Counted from the first letter of the stretch, positions 34,308-44,301 are shown. The stretch is 64,000 nt of DNA from an uncultured Nitrososphaerales archaeon (GCA_963706445.1 OY970160.1:1753758-1817757); one strand, 5' to 3'. Notes: a model not told the origin generated them from the letters alone. Numbers and translations are program-made.

Positions 34308-36543
34308 CCTCTATCCGGGGAACCCCGGGGAGATGGTCGTCTGGCTCAAGCTCCAGAGCGGCGAGGCGGTGCGGCTCGTCGACCGCTGGTCCCCGTCGAT
34401 ATACATAGGGACTGACACAAGATCGGACTTCGACGTCCCTCTGCAGACGCTCCGCAACGAGTTCCTCTGGACCAGGGCGGTCCAGAAGCGCGAAAGGGTC
34501 ACCGACCCGGGCCTGTCCTATGTCGTCGAAGCGAAGCTCAAGGACGCTAGGAGGGTCCAGCAGGTCGCCGGGCGGATAGAACGCCTCGGCCCCTTCGGGA
34601 CGTTCAGGCTGTACAACGCCGACGTCCTCCCGGCCCAGAGCTATCTCTACGAGAGGGACCTCTTCCCGCTCGCCCTCTGCAACGTGGAGCAGGACGGGGA
34701 CAGGCTGAGGTGGGAACTCAAGGACGACGCCTGGGAATACGACTACACCCTCCCTGAATTCAGGCAGGTGAAGCTCGAGGTCGAGGTGGCCAAGGCAGGG
34801 AAGCTCCCGCGCCCGACCGACAGGATCGAGTCAGTCACGCTCGAGAGCGGCAGCGGGAAGATCACCATCGACGGGCGCAGCGAGGCGGACAAGCTGCTCG
34901 GCCTCGTGCAGGCGGTGCGGGAGGCTGACCCTGATTTCATCCTCACGAACGACGGGGACACATTCCTGTTCCCATACTTGGTCAGGCGCGCCGAAGCCAA
35001 CGGGGTGGCCGCAAAGCTCGTCCTCGACAGGGACGGGACGGTGCTGAAGCTCCCGTCGAAGGCTGGGACCTCCTACTTCAGCTACGGGCGCATCCACTAC
35101 AAGCCTTCAGCCATGAAGCTCTGCGGCAGGATACACATCGACGTCAACACATCCTTCGCCTACTCGGAGGCGGGGTTCGAGGGACTCTTCGAGCTGAGCA
35201 GGGTATGCCGCATGCCCATGCACACGTCTAGCAGGGCCAGCATCGGGAAGGCCCTCTCCAGCCTCCAGTTCTACCACGCCTCGAAGATAGACCTGCTAGT
35301 CCCGTGGAAGCCGACCCTGGTGGAGAGCTTCAAGGACAGGAACGAGCTGCTGATGGCGGACCGGGGGGGCTTCATCTTCGAGCCCAAGGTCGGGGTGCAC
35401 GAGAACGTCGGGGAGCTAGACTTCTACGCTCTCTACCCGAACATAATGTACAGGAAGAATATCTCGGCCGAGACCGTCAGGTGCGCCTGCTGCCCGGACT
35501 CGGATAACCGCGTCCCCGAGCTCGACTGGAACGTCTGCAAAAAACGGGACGGCATCGTCCCCCTCGCCATCAAGATCATAGTGGAGAAGAGGCTACACTA
35601 CAAGGAGCTCAAGCGGACGGCGAAGGGGGCCGACTACGACAGGTACAACGCCCGCCAGGCGGCGCTCAAGTGGCTGGGGGTCACCACGTTCGGCTATCTG
35701 GGGTTCAACAACGCGAAGTTCGGCCGCATCGACGCCCACATAGCTGTCTGCGCCTGGGACAGGCGGATACTCCTCGACACGGCGAGGATTGCCGAAAGGC
35801 AATCCTTCGAGGTCATGCACGGGATCGTGGATTCGCTCTGGGTCCAGAAGGCCGGGGCCTCCAAGGACGACTACCTCAGGCTCAAAGCTGACATCGAATC
35901 TGAGACGGGCTTCGCCCTTTCATTCGAGGGGGTCTACAAGTGGGTGGCCTTCCTCCCTTCGAAGGTCGAGCCTGGGATACCGGTGCTCAACAGGTACTTC
36001 GGGGCCTACCAGAGCGGAGAGCTGAAGGTCCGCGGGATAGAGGCCCGGCGCCACGACACCCCCCTGGCCTTCGCCAGATGTCAAATGGAAATCCTGAGGG
36101 TCCTCGCCGAGGCTGACACGGTGGCGGCCGCGAAGACGAAGGTCCCTCAATGCATCGAGGTCTTCCTCAGGCACGCCGAAATACTGGCGCGCCACGAAAT
36201 CCCCGCCTCCGAGCTGACATTCAGCACCAACCTCTCCAAGGCCCCCGACGAATACACCACGATGACGGTCCAGCACGCGGCCATCAAGCAGCTCGTCGGG
36301 GAAGGGGCGACTCTGCACGCCGGGGAGGGGATCAGATACGTCATCACCGACTACAAGGGCAAGGACTCGAAGCGTTCGACCCCCCTGGACGTGGTCAAGG
36401 ACCAGACGAAATACGACTCGGAGCGCTACATCGTGCTTTTGGCCGAGACCTGCTCTTCTGTCCTCGAGCCATTCGACCCTGGGTGCACGGCCGCTGGCCT
36501 GCTGTCGTCATACGAGGCCCGCAGGAGCGGACCCCTGACGTGA
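34288..36543 (+). CDS. polB2: Family B DNA polymerase, PolB2 group
   Basis: DRGG, LDFYALYPNIM, RQAALK..FGY.G, HGIVDSLW (PolB2-type variant of YGDTDS), RGIE.RRHD. Confidence 0.92.
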   Translation: MHGWILDLYPGNPGEMVVWLKLQSGEAVRLVDRWSPSIYIGTDTRSDFDVPLQTLRNEFLWTRAVQKRERVTDPGLSYVVEAKLKDARRVQQVAGRIERLGPFGTFRLYNADVLPAQSYLYERDLFPLALCNVEQDGDRLRWELKDDAWEYDYTLPEFRQVKLEVEVAKAGKLPRPTDRIESVTLESGSGKITIDGRSEADKLLGLVQAVREADPDFILTNDGDTFLFPYLVRRAEANGVAAKLVLDRDGTVLKLPSKAGTSYFSYGRIHYKPSAMKLCGRIHIDVNTSFAYSEAGFEGLFELSRVCRMPMHTSSRASIGKALSSLQFYHASKIDLLVPWKPTLVESFKDRNELLMADRGGFIFEPKVGVHENVGELDFYALYPNIMYRKNISAETVRCACCPDSDNRVPELDWNVCKKRDGIVPLAIKIIVEKRLHYKELKRTAKGADYDRYNARQAALKWLGVTTFGYLGFNNAKFGRIDAHIAVCAWDRRILLDTARIAERQSFEVMHGIVDSLWVQKAGASKDDYLRLKADIESETGFALSFEGVYKWVAFLPSKVEPGIPVLNRYFGAYQSGELKVRGIEARRHDTPLAFARCQMEILRVLAEADTVAAAKTKVPQCIEVFLRHAEILARHEIPASELTFSTNLSKAPDEYTTMTVQHAAIKQLVGEGATLHAGEGIRYVITDYKGKDSKRSTPLDVVKDQTKYDSERYIVLLAETCSSVLEPFDPGCTAAGLLSSYEARRSGPLT

Positions 36544-36546
36544 CGG

Positions 36547-36933
36547 CTACCAGGAGACGGCCTTGGTCGGCTTGACCTTCAGGATGGGGGACTCCCCTTC
36601 GCCCCAGGGGTGCTTCCTGTAGGTCTCGAAGGTGTCGAAGAGGAGTTTCAGCAGCCTGACGTACTCCTTTCCTCTCTCGAGGATTTCGCAGTCTCCTTCT
36701 ACCATCACTGCATGGTTGGGGTGATAGTCGTCCACCACCAGGGCGACCCTGTTATTCTCCATCAGATTCTTCAGCTTCTTTGTACCATAGTCGATAGCGA
36801 TTACAATGTCTACCCCGTCAAGGGCGTAGATCACCGGGACCACGTGGGGCCTGGCGTCCTTCGAGGCTGTGGCCAGCCTGCAGACCTCATGGCCCCTGAG
36901 GAACTTCAACTGATTCGGGGACAGGATTCCCAT
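36547..36933 (-). CDS. Pyridoxamine 5'-phosphate oxidase-family (PPOX, probably F420-binding) protein
   Basis: RLATAS..RPHVVPV, KLKNL..N.RVAL.VD; ATG at 36933. Confidence 0.88.
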   Translation of the reverse strand: MGILSPNQLKFLRGHEVCRLATASKDARPHVVPVIYALDGVDIVIAIDYGTKKLKNLMENNRVALVVDDYHPNHAVMVEGDCEILERGKEYVRLLKLLFDTFETYRKHPWGEGESPILKVKPTKAVSW

Positions 36934-37011
36934 GCGATAGCCGTTCCATTCACCTTGGGATAAGATTGCTGACCAACTCTTTAACCAAAGACATCGAAGG
37001 CACGGCTCGGG

Positions 37012-37992
37012 ATGAGATACACAGTCTTGGGACGGACGGGACTGAAGGTCTCCAGGCTCTGCATAGGGTGTATGAGCTTCGGCGGCCCCGACGCGAAGGG
37101 GTTCGAGTGGACGCTCGGCTACGACGACTCGAAGAAGATCATAGACAGGGCCTTCGACCTGGGCATCAACTTCTTCGACACGGCGGACGTGTATTCGGAC
37201 GGGAAGTCGGAACAGATAGTCGGCAGGGCCCTGCAGGGGCGGAGGAACCAGGTCGTCATCGCGACGAAGGTCGGCCTCCCGACGGGGGAGGGCCCGGAAG
37301 AGAGGGGCTTGGGGAGGAAACACGTCAAGAGGAACCTGAAGAGGTCTCTGGCCAACCTGAAGATCGACAGGGTGAACCTGTATCAGATACACAGGTGGGA
37401 CTACGAGACTCCCATCGAGGAGGTCCTCGAGACCCTGACGGAGGCGGTCAAGGAAGGGAAGGTCGACCACATCGGGGGGTCGAGCATGTGGGCCTGGCAG
37501 TTCGCCAAGGCTCTGTACGCCAGCGACAGGCTCGAACTCGAGCGCTTCAAGACAATGCAGGATCACTACAACCTCGCCTACAGGGAGGAGGAAAGGGAGA
37601 TGATTCCATTATGCAGAGCCGAAGGGATTCCAATCCTGCCATGGAGCCCTCTGGGGAGGGGGTTCCTGACCGGTAAGTACAAGCGGAAGGAGAAGCCGAG
37701 GAGCATCAGGTACAAGATAGACGTTCATCTCGGCAAGAGGTACTTCAGACCCGAGGACTTCGACGTGGTGGAGCGCCTGGAAGAGGTGGCGAAAGGGAAG
37801 GGGGTCAAGCCCGCCCAGCTGGCTCTCGCCTGGCTGATCAACAAGGACGCGGTCGCGTCCCCCATAGTGGGCCCCACGAGGATGGAGCAGCTCGAGGAGC
37901 TGGTCGAAGCCGCGGACATCCGCCTGAAACCCTCGGAGACGAAGCGCCTAGAGGAACCGTACCGACCCCACCCGGTCCTCGGACACGAGTAG
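37012..37992 (+). CDS. Aldo/keto reductase
   Basis: LGRTGLKVSRL, FDTADVY, IATK, LYQIHRWD, PWSPL. Confidence 0.94.
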   Translation: MRYTVLGRTGLKVSRLCIGCMSFGGPDAKGFEWTLGYDDSKKIIDRAFDLGINFFDTADVYSDGKSEQIVGRALQGRRNQVVIATKVGLPTGEGPEERGLGRKHVKRNLKRSLANLKIDRVNLYQIHRWDYETPIEEVLETLTEAVKEGKVDHIGGSSMWAWQFAKALYASDRLELERFKTMQDHYNLAYREEEREMIPLCRAEGIPILPWSPLGRGFLTGKYKRKEKPRSIRYKIDVHLGKRYFRPEDFDVVERLEEVAKGKGVKPAQLALAWLINKDAVASPIVGPTRMEQLEELVEAADIRLKPSETKRLEEPYRPHPVLGHE

Positions 37993-37995
37993 GCT

Positions 37996-39951
37996 TCAGC
38001 TGGGGAGCTGCACGGTCGCCACCGTCGAGAAGGACGAGAGGTTGCTCACCATCACTTCTGACTGCGATATCGTGTAGAGGTAGTCCCCTATGATTACGCT
38101 CCTGTCGATCTGGAGCCCCCCGTTGGCCGAGTCCCCGAAGTTCTGTCCCGCAGGATACTGGGACACCATCCCGAGGATATTGAAACCCGAGGGCGTCACC
38201 TGTATCACATACACTCCCTGCCAGACTGGGTCCCCATCGGCGGGGATGCCCCCACTGTAGGTCTGGTTCCCGCTCACCTTGTAGAGGGTCAGGGGTATGA
38301 CCGTGATGTTGCGGGTCGGGTCGTAGGTGAACGCCAGGTGGTCGCTCAGGACGGGCGAGTCGGTCCCCCTGTCTCCGATGTCCAGCTTGGCCACCTGAAC
38401 AGAGGTGCCGTTGTCATAGACTCTGAAGAGTGAGACCTTCAACCCCAGATAGTAACTGTAGTTCCCATCCGAAGCCTGGATGGTCTCCTTCCCAACCCCG
38501 ATGAGGTATCCGCCGTAGAGTGGTTGCAGATAGTCGGAGTATCCCGAGACCTGCAGGGCGCCAAGGATCACAGGGTCTGCAATGTTGCTGAAGGATATGA
38601 CGAAGAGTGGGTCGACCTGCTCGTAGGTGACCACATACCCCATGGCGCCGACGAAGCGGACAGCATAGATGTTCTCCCCTGGAGCGATGTCCACCAGGGA
38701 CGAGACCTGTTTCATGTTCTGGTCCAGCACATAGACGTCGTCGCTCCGCGTGGCAACGCCGTTGATCGTAGCGTACCGGCTCGTCGCGACTCTGAAGTAT
38801 CCGTCGTACTCGTCCATCGAGAACTGGTTCAGCGTCGTCCCGGGGACTACGCCCGCCTTTGCCACTATGACGACTCCGTTGGAGTATGCGGCCCTCAGGA
38901 TGGTGCTGTTCTGGGCTTGGAGGACCAGCTGGGGAGTTATCACCCCTCCGGTCCAAGCGTTTCCTGGTATGCCGTCGACGTCGTACAGGTCAAGGTAGTT
39001 GGTGTAGACCACATAGATGTTCGCCGTCGAAACATAGACGGTGGCTGAGGGCCCAGTGAGGGTGGACACCACGCTCTCCCTTCCACTCGACATATTGACG
39101 CTAGGTATCATCGTATAGTAGCTGATCTGGGCCGTGTTGTTGGTGTAGTACACCGAGGAGGGCGCCAGCTGGGATTCCACCCCGCCCACCGAGGTCACGG
39201 GCAAGACAGCAGTCGCATTGCCCTGGCCGTCGAAGACATAGGAGGGCTGCTGGATGACAGCGTACACGAACCCATCCGCCATCCGGGCGGCCACATAATC
39301 CCCTGGGATGGTCACGTTCTGGATTATCATCGGCGACGAAAGGCTAGTTGTGTCATAGAGGAGAAGCTCCACCGAGGAGTTCCCCTGGCTCTTCTGGTCG
39401 AGCACCATCAAGCGGTCGGGGGCGATTTCAAGGCCGAGCACTTGGGTGTTGGGGAAGGACAGCGTGGAAAGGGTGGCCGTGGAGTTCGGGGGATAGGCGT
39501 TGATTATCGCGACGGAATCCTGGGTCGAAACGAACAGGTGGGTACCATCAGTCTTCACGCGGTCAGGCTCGTCAACCCCCTGGACCTGGATGTTGGTCCC
39601 CGTGAACGAGGGGGTGGAACTCGCAGCGGACTCGGTCGCAAGAGGGGTCGCCACCCCGCCGAACTCGACGGGGAGGTTGATTCCTACTCCAATGGGGCCT
39701 CCGAAGCCAACGCCCCACCTGTCATACTGCTGTGCGCTCTTGGCGTTGGCGTTGAGGTACTGCTGCATCTGGGAGTAGCTTTCGAATGAGCTCAGGCCCT
39801 GGGGGGCGGCCTGTGTAGAACCCTTGGTAGGTTGAAGGGGTTGAGGAGCAGAGAGCGCGAAGACAGCGACGACGGCTGATATCCCGATCATCACAGCGAT
39901 GAACACCGCAGCTTCACGATGCTTCATCCTCATGTCCGGCGACGCGCTCAT
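37996..39951 (-). CDS. Secreted beta-propeller domain protein
   Basis: TN.QV.GVDE.D.VKTDG, LNQFSMDEY, GE.IYAVRF, DPLFVI, GYSDYL. Confidence 0.88.
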   Translation of the reverse strand: MSASPDMRMKHREAAVFIAVMIGISAVVAVFALSAPQPLQPTKGSTQAAPQGLSSFESYSQMQQYLNANAKSAQQYDRWGVGFGGPIGVGINLPVEFGGVATPLATESAASSTPSFTGTNIQVQGVDEPDRVKTDGTHLFVSTQDSVAIINAYPPNSTATLSTLSFPNTQVLGLEIAPDRLMVLDQKSQGNSSVELLLYDTTSLSSPMIIQNVTIPGDYVAARMADGFVYAVIQQPSYVFDGQGNATAVLPVTSVGGVESQLAPSSVYYTNNTAQISYYTMIPSVNMSSGRESVVSTLTGPSATVYVSTANIYVVYTNYLDLYDVDGIPGNAWTGGVITPQLVLQAQNSTILRAAYSNGVVIVAKAGVVPGTTLNQFSMDEYDGYFRVATSRYATINGVATRSDDVYVLDQNMKQVSSLVDIAPGENIYAVRFVGAMGYVVTYEQVDPLFVISFSNIADPVILGALQVSGYSDYLQPLYGGYLIGVGKETIQASDGNYSYYLGLKVSLFRVYDNGTSVQVAKLDIGDRGTDSPVLSDHLAFTYDPTRNITVIPLTLYKVSGNQTYSGGIPADGDPVWQGVYVIQVTPSGFNILGMVSQYPAGQNFGDSANGGLQIDRSVIIGDYLYTISQSEVMVSNLSSFSTVATVQLPS

Positions 39952-40024
39952 GGCACAAGGTTCGGCGGGAGCCGAGTAAAGCCTAGAGCACAGAACGGAC
40001 GTTCTTAGACTGCGAACAGGGATC

Positions 40025-40492
40025 TCACTGGTGCTCGGGGTGCCCCTTCATCCACATCTTCTCTTCCTTTGTCGGGGTCAGATGGTAGCCGACCATCCAG
40101 AGGAACGTCCGGGAGGTCGAAGGGCCCAGGTGTTCGAATCTCCTCTGGAGGTCTTCCTGCAGTTTGTCCTCCTTCTTCCCGAAGCTGTCGATGTACCCCT
40201 TCATCGAGCCGAACTCCTTCCTCAGTCCTAGGATTGACTTCGCGTTCTGAATCGTCGCCCGAATCTTCCTCTCGTTTCTGACTATGCCCACATCGTTCAT
40301 TAGAGCCTTCACGTCCTGTTCCGAGAGCTTGGCTACCTTCTCCGGGGAGAACCCCACGAACGACTTCCTGAAGTTGGGCCATTTCTTCTCGACCACGGTC
40401 CAGTTCAACCCAGCGGTGAATATCGCCCTCGACATCAGGTCGAAGTAGCCCCGGTCATCCTTCGGCGGGTCGGCACCCATCATCGGGGCCAT
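40025..40492 (-). CDS. tag: DNA-3-methyladenine glycosylase I family protein
   Basis: F.AGLNW..V.KKW..FR..F..F.P, IVRNERKIRATIQNA, F..LGP. Confidence 0.85.
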   Translation of the reverse strand: MAPMMGADPPKDDRGYFDLMSRAIFTAGLNWTVVEKKWPNFRKSFVGFSPEKVAKLSEQDVKALMNDVGIVRNERKIRATIQNAKSILGLRKEFGSMKGYIDSFGKKEDKLQEDLQRRFEHLGPSTSRTFLWMVGYHLTPTKEEKMWMKGHPEHQ

Positions 40493-40568
40493 CAATATGC
40501 CGCCAACCCACGTTCTATTTATCTTCACCAAGGATTAAAAATCGAGTTCAGGCGGTGCGCCCTCGAGC

Positions 40569-40655
40569 GCCACGGTGGCTCAGTGGCTAGAGCGCCACCT
40601 TGGTACGCACTGCCCAAAGAGGTGGATGTCGTGGGTCCGAATCCCACCCGTGGCT
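40569..40655 (+). tRNA. tRNA-Thr(GGT), intron at 37/38 (40606-40619)
   Basis: GCCACGG/CCGTGGC acceptor; perfect BHB (TTGG/CCAA); T-loop TCCGAAT. Confidence 0.9.
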
Positions 40656-40683
40656 CTCATCAAGATTCTACGTACGAAGGTGA

Positions 40684-40820
40684 TGGTGCCGAGGGAGGGA
40701 GTCGCGCCTCCGAAGAGGCTTCGCACCCTCGACCCCCAGATTTCTTATCCCAGCCCGGGATTATGAGTTTCACCCTGTCGGGTGTAGCCTGGTGCCATAA
40801 CTAGGCTAGGCCACCTCGGC
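40684..40820 (-). tRNA. tRNA-Met(CAT), elongator type, three introns (30/31: 40769-40788; 37/38: 40742-40761; 58/59: 40702-40720), encoded CCA
   Basis: Splicing restores a perfect CCAGA/TCTGG anticodon stem, CTCATAA loop and 7-nt T-loop; mature length 78 nt. Confidence 0.85.
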
Positions 40821-40948
40821 ACTGGGTGCACGGTCTAAACTTGGGATTAAAAGACTCACCATGAAAGAATAGACGAACCTCAGTCTCGATGTGCCAGTAA
40901 CGCTTATTATCGGAAGCCAAGGTCACAGCCTCTGAATTGCACCTGCCG

Positions 40949-41068
40949 ATGCTCGACATCAACGGCTACTACAGCTTCCTGAGCACGACTATGATCTCCC
41001 TTTTTATCATCGGCCTGGTGATAGTCTTCGTCTACGAGTACGAGGCCCTCAGGCGCTCGAAGACCTAG
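40949..41068 (+). CDS. Putative 39-aa single-TM small protein
   Basis: MLDINGYYSFLSTTMISLFIIGLVIVFVYEYEALRRSKT; GC3-rich codons; TTATTAT box upstream. Confidence 0.55.
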   Translation: MLDINGYYSFLSTTMISLFIIGLVIVFVYEYEALRRSKT

Positions 41069-42465
41069 TCGCGCCCCCCGAGCCTTTCTATGACGCTGAA
41101 GTTCGAAAGTTGCAGCACCCAGGCACCCATCTTGGTCGACTTCGAAGCGACCCCGACCAGCTTCAGTCTCTCTCCGGGCTGAATCCCTGACACTCTCCCG
41201 GCCAGGTCTCTCCAGGCCACGAGCTTCATCTCCCCGGTGTCGTCCCCTACGATCAGCTCTCCCTTCTTCGCAGTCGTCCCATCCCTCAGGTTCACGTCGT
41301 CGACGCTGCCATGGGAGAGGGCGATGACCTCCACCATGATTTCTGCATCCTCGTCTTTCACTTCGCGGATCTTGGTAGACAGATCGTCGAGGCCAGGGAC
41401 GGACCCATCCGCCGCCTTCTGAATAGATCCCTGGCTCCTGCAGTAAAGCTTTCCCCCAGTCGACTGGTCAGGCGCCACGGCGACCACTTCGTCCTTGGAC
41501 GGCTCCTCCACCCCCCTCCCCACTTCGATGAACTTCACCCTGCGGTCCGTGCCGATCCCTAAAATCACCTTCGCAGACTGGCTCGCGCTTGTCGCCGCGA
41601 CCCTGAGGACGAGCTTCTCTGCAGCCGGACCTACGACGATGGAGCTCCCGGAATCCCCATGGACTTCGTAGTCTCCACTATTCGAGCGGCGGGCCCTGAC
41701 GTTGGTGACCATGACCTTCTGACCCCTCTTGAGCTCAGGCTTCTCGGTGGGGCTCCAGATGACGACCCTCGTCTCCTTGGTACCGTCGTGGGCCACCCCG
41801 AACTGGAAGAGCGACCCCTCCGACCCGTCCGAGCGGACGAATTCGCTGTACCTGGGCTCCGAGCTGACCACAGACTCCAATGCGACGAACTGCTCCTCCT
41901 TCGTCAAATTGGGAAGCTTCTGGACCGCCGCAGAGATCGAGGGGAACTTCGACGCGACCTTCTCGTCGGTGACCACCTCCATCTTCCCTCGCTTTCCGAG
42001 GTTCAGGTTCGGCTTACCGTCCAGGCCCTGCTTGACGTAGGCATTGGCCACCCTGACCGGTGCGTCGACCTTGAGCCCCAGCGCGTCAACACCCTCCAGG
42101 GCCTCCTCCCAGACCGTCAGCCTTGCGGAGTTCTTCCCATCGAAGAGAGCGAAACGCCTGTACTTTCCGGTCCCTCCATCTTTCTTGTTGAATGTGGCTA
42201 CTGGATAGACCGCCAGCACCCTCGCCACTACGGTGACGCCGTTCGCTCCGATGTAGAGGTCCTTGATCGTCATATCGGAAGAAGCGTCGTCCTTGCGGAG
42301 GGAGACCCCGAGCTCCCCGGCCACCAGGAAGAGTGCCCCCTGGTCGGTCAGGTATCCTGCCCCCACCGTCTTCTTTTTCTCTTCGATCCGTCGAAGGATT
42401 TCGTCCCGTTTCAGTTCCGGTTTTGCCTGCAGAAGCTCCCCCAGGAGGGTCTCAAAGTCGTACAT
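41065..42465 (-). CDS. Replication protein A (multi-OB-fold SSB)
   Basis: GAGYLTDQGALFLVA N-terminus; repeated OB folds (F.+.DG..G, GD.TG.++LV.W). Confidence 0.88.
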   Translation of the reverse strand: MYDFETLLGELLQAKPELKRDEILRRIEEKKKTVGAGYLTDQGALFLVAGELGVSLRKDDASSDMTIKDLYIGANGVTVVARVLAVYPVATFNKKDGGTGKYRRFALFDGKNSARLTVWEEALEGVDALGLKVDAPVRVANAYVKQGLDGKPNLNLGKRGKMEVVTDEKVASKFPSISAAVQKLPNLTKEEQFVALESVVSSEPRYSEFVRSDGSEGSLFQFGVAHDGTKETRVVIWSPTEKPELKRGQKVMVTNVRARRSNSGDYEVHGDSGSSIVVGPAAEKLVLRVAATSASQSAKVILGIGTDRRVKFIEVGRGVEEPSKDEVVAVAPDQSTGGKLYCRSQGSIQKAADGSVPGLDDLSTKIREVKDEDAEIMVEVIALSHGSVDDVNLRDGTTAKKGELIVGDDTGEMKLVAWRDLAGRVSGIQPGERLKLVGVASKSTKMGAWVLQLSNFSVIERLGGRD

Positions 42466-42468
42466 GGT

Positions 42469-43821
42469 CTACGCTTTGACTGCGGCCGAATTGACAGCGG
42501 CTATGGCTTCTTCCAGTATGTCGAGGCCTTCCTCCATCACATCCTCGGTGATATTCAGCGGAGGGACGACCCGGAGGACGTTCCTTCCGGCCATGATCGC
42601 AAGTAGGCCGTGGTGGAAGCAGTAGTCCATCACCTGTCTCGCCTCCTCCTCGCCCCGGGTCTTACTGCGCTTGTCCTTGACTATCTCCACCCCGATGAAG
42701 AGCCCCATCCCTCTGACATCTCCTATGATCTCGTACTTCTCCTTCATTTCAAGGAGCCTCTTCTTTGCCTTTCCACCGACGTTCCTGGCATTCTGCATCA
42801 GGTTCTCGGTCTTTATCACATCAAGCGTCGCCAAGGCCGCTTCAACCGCCACCGGGTTGGCCCCGAAGGTGGACGCGTGCTGTCCCGGCTTCCAGCTCTC
42901 CATGACCTCCGCCTTGGCAATGGTCGCGCTCAACGGGAGCCCAGAAGCGATCCCCTTTGCAATCGCAACTACGTCTGGGAAGATCCCATAGTGCTCTACT
43001 CCGAGGAACTTGCCTGTCCTCCCGACCCCCGTCTGGATCTCGTCCGAGACGAAGAGGACCCCAGACTTGCGCATGAACTCCATCTTCTTGAAGTAGTCAG
43101 GCGGGGCTGGGACGTAACCCCCCTCTCCCTGGATTGGTTCGAAGAAATACGCAGCCACGTCGTCCAATGGGACGAACTTCTCCAGATACTGCTCCTTGAA
43201 GTAATCCACACAATAGTAGTCACATTCAGGGAAAGTCTGCTTCCAAGGGCACCGGTAGCAGTATGGGAACGGGAAGTGCACCACGTCGGGGACAAGAGGC
43301 AGAGAGCCCTTCCTCTGCATCGGCTTGCTCGCCGTCAGGCTCAGAGCGCCCATGGTCCGCCCGTGAAACGCCCCCGAATGGGCCAGCCAGATCGGCCGTT
43401 TGGTCGAGTTCCGGGTGAGCTTCATGGCCGCTTCTATGGCCTCGGTCCCGCTGTTGCCGTAGTAGACCATCTTCGGGAAGTCTCCTGGTATCAGTGGGAG
43501 GAGCTTCTCTGAAAGCTCGATTATGTTGTCGTAGTAGAAGTCAGTGTATGAGAAGTGGACGAACTTCTCTGCCTGATTCTTTATGGCCTGGACCACCTTC
43601 GGGTGGGTCGACCCCGTGCTGAGCACCGCAATCCCGGCGGCGAAGTCGATGAACTGGTTCCCGTCGACGTCCTTTACCAATGACCCATGGGCAGACTTCA
43701 CGACCAGCGGATAGAACCGTGAGAACGAAGGGGAGACGTACTTGGCAGTCTTGCTGACTATCGCCGCTCCCTTCGCGCCCGGGAGCTTGCCATTAACCTT
43801 GGCGAACTTTCTGGCTTTCAT
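42469..43821 (-). CDS. Class III aminotransferase (acetylornithine/GABA-AT-like)
   Basis: DVDGN.FIDF, NSGTEA, AFHGRT, EPIQGEGG, DEIQTG.GRTG, AKGIASG. Confidence 0.92.
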   Translation of the reverse strand: MKARKFAKVNGKLPGAKGAAIVSKTAKYVSPSFSRFYPLVVKSAHGSLVKDVDGNQFIDFAAGIAVLSTGSTHPKVVQAIKNQAEKFVHFSYTDFYYDNIIELSEKLLPLIPGDFPKMVYYGNSGTEAIEAAMKLTRNSTKRPIWLAHSGAFHGRTMGALSLTASKPMQRKGSLPLVPDVVHFPFPYCYRCPWKQTFPECDYYCVDYFKEQYLEKFVPLDDVAAYFFEPIQGEGGYVPAPPDYFKKMEFMRKSGVLFVSDEIQTGVGRTGKFLGVEHYGIFPDVVAIAKGIASGLPLSATIAKAEVMESWKPGQHASTFGANPVAVEAALATLDVIKTENLMQNARNVGGKAKKRLLEMKEKYEIIGDVRGMGLFIGVEIVKDKRSKTRGEEEARQVMDYCFHHGLLAIMAGRNVLRVVPPLNITEDVMEEGLDILEEAIAAVNSAAVKA

Positions 43822-43911
43822 GAGAATCGAGCCTCGCCCCGCACTTGGGGCTAAAATTCCTTTGCCCGAACCTGCGATGAAACCCCATGTTTATGGCGGT
43901 GAAACTGTTCC

Positions 43912-44196
43912 TTACACTGGAACCGAGAGCTCTATCTCAAGCACTGGGAGGTTGAGCTGCCTCCCGTCCCGCGAAGTGACGTTCTCACCGTCGATGGTTA
44001 TGTTGGAGATCTGGACGTTGCTCATGAAGCGCTTCCTGAGTACCTGAGCGACCTCCACTGACATGTTGATTGCCTCTCCCCTTGCGCGGAGGACTACCTG
44101 TTTGGCGCCCCCGTTGAACATGGTGATGCACGCGGTCACATAATTCAGGAGGGGTTTGCTCTGGCCGACGATGACGGTCTTTCTCTCTTCAGACAT
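43912..44196 (-). CDS. albA: DNA/RNA-binding protein Alba
   Basis: KP+.NYV.A, V.L+ARG.AI...V.VA, IEL. Confidence 0.9.
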   Translation of the reverse strand: MSEERKTVIVGQSKPLLNYVTACITMFNGGAKQVVLRARGEAINMSVEVAQVLRKRFMSNVQISNITIDGENVTSRDGRQLNLPVLEIELSVPV

Positions 44197-44235
44197 GAGA
44201 CGTTTGGCCTCCTACTCCGCCTATAAATCCTCGCT

Positions 44236-44301
44236 TTACAGCCCCATCTGTTTCTCGTCGCCGCAGCAGCCTGAGCCGCAACAGCAGCAACAACACGCCA
44301 T
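44236..44301 (-). CDS. Cys-rich 21-aa micropeptide (metallothionein-like; not in ORF track)
   Basis: MACCCCCCGSGCCGDEKQMGL; GGGGTGA Shine-Dalgarno 5 nt before ATG. Confidence 0.65.
   Translation of the reverse strand: MACCCCCCGSGCCGDEKQMGL

Noticed and set aside
32456-36543. Integrated mobile element at tRNA-Leu carrying polB2
   Set aside because: No integrase, no duplicated tRNA 3' end seen, and the cassette lies on the 5' side of the tRNA.
40742-40765. Reading the CAT tRNA as Ile2, with modified C34 pairing the intron A
   Set aside because: The GCCGAGG acceptor fits elongator Met, and a position-34 mismatch also occurs in the Ser intron, so relaxed BHB recognition suffices.
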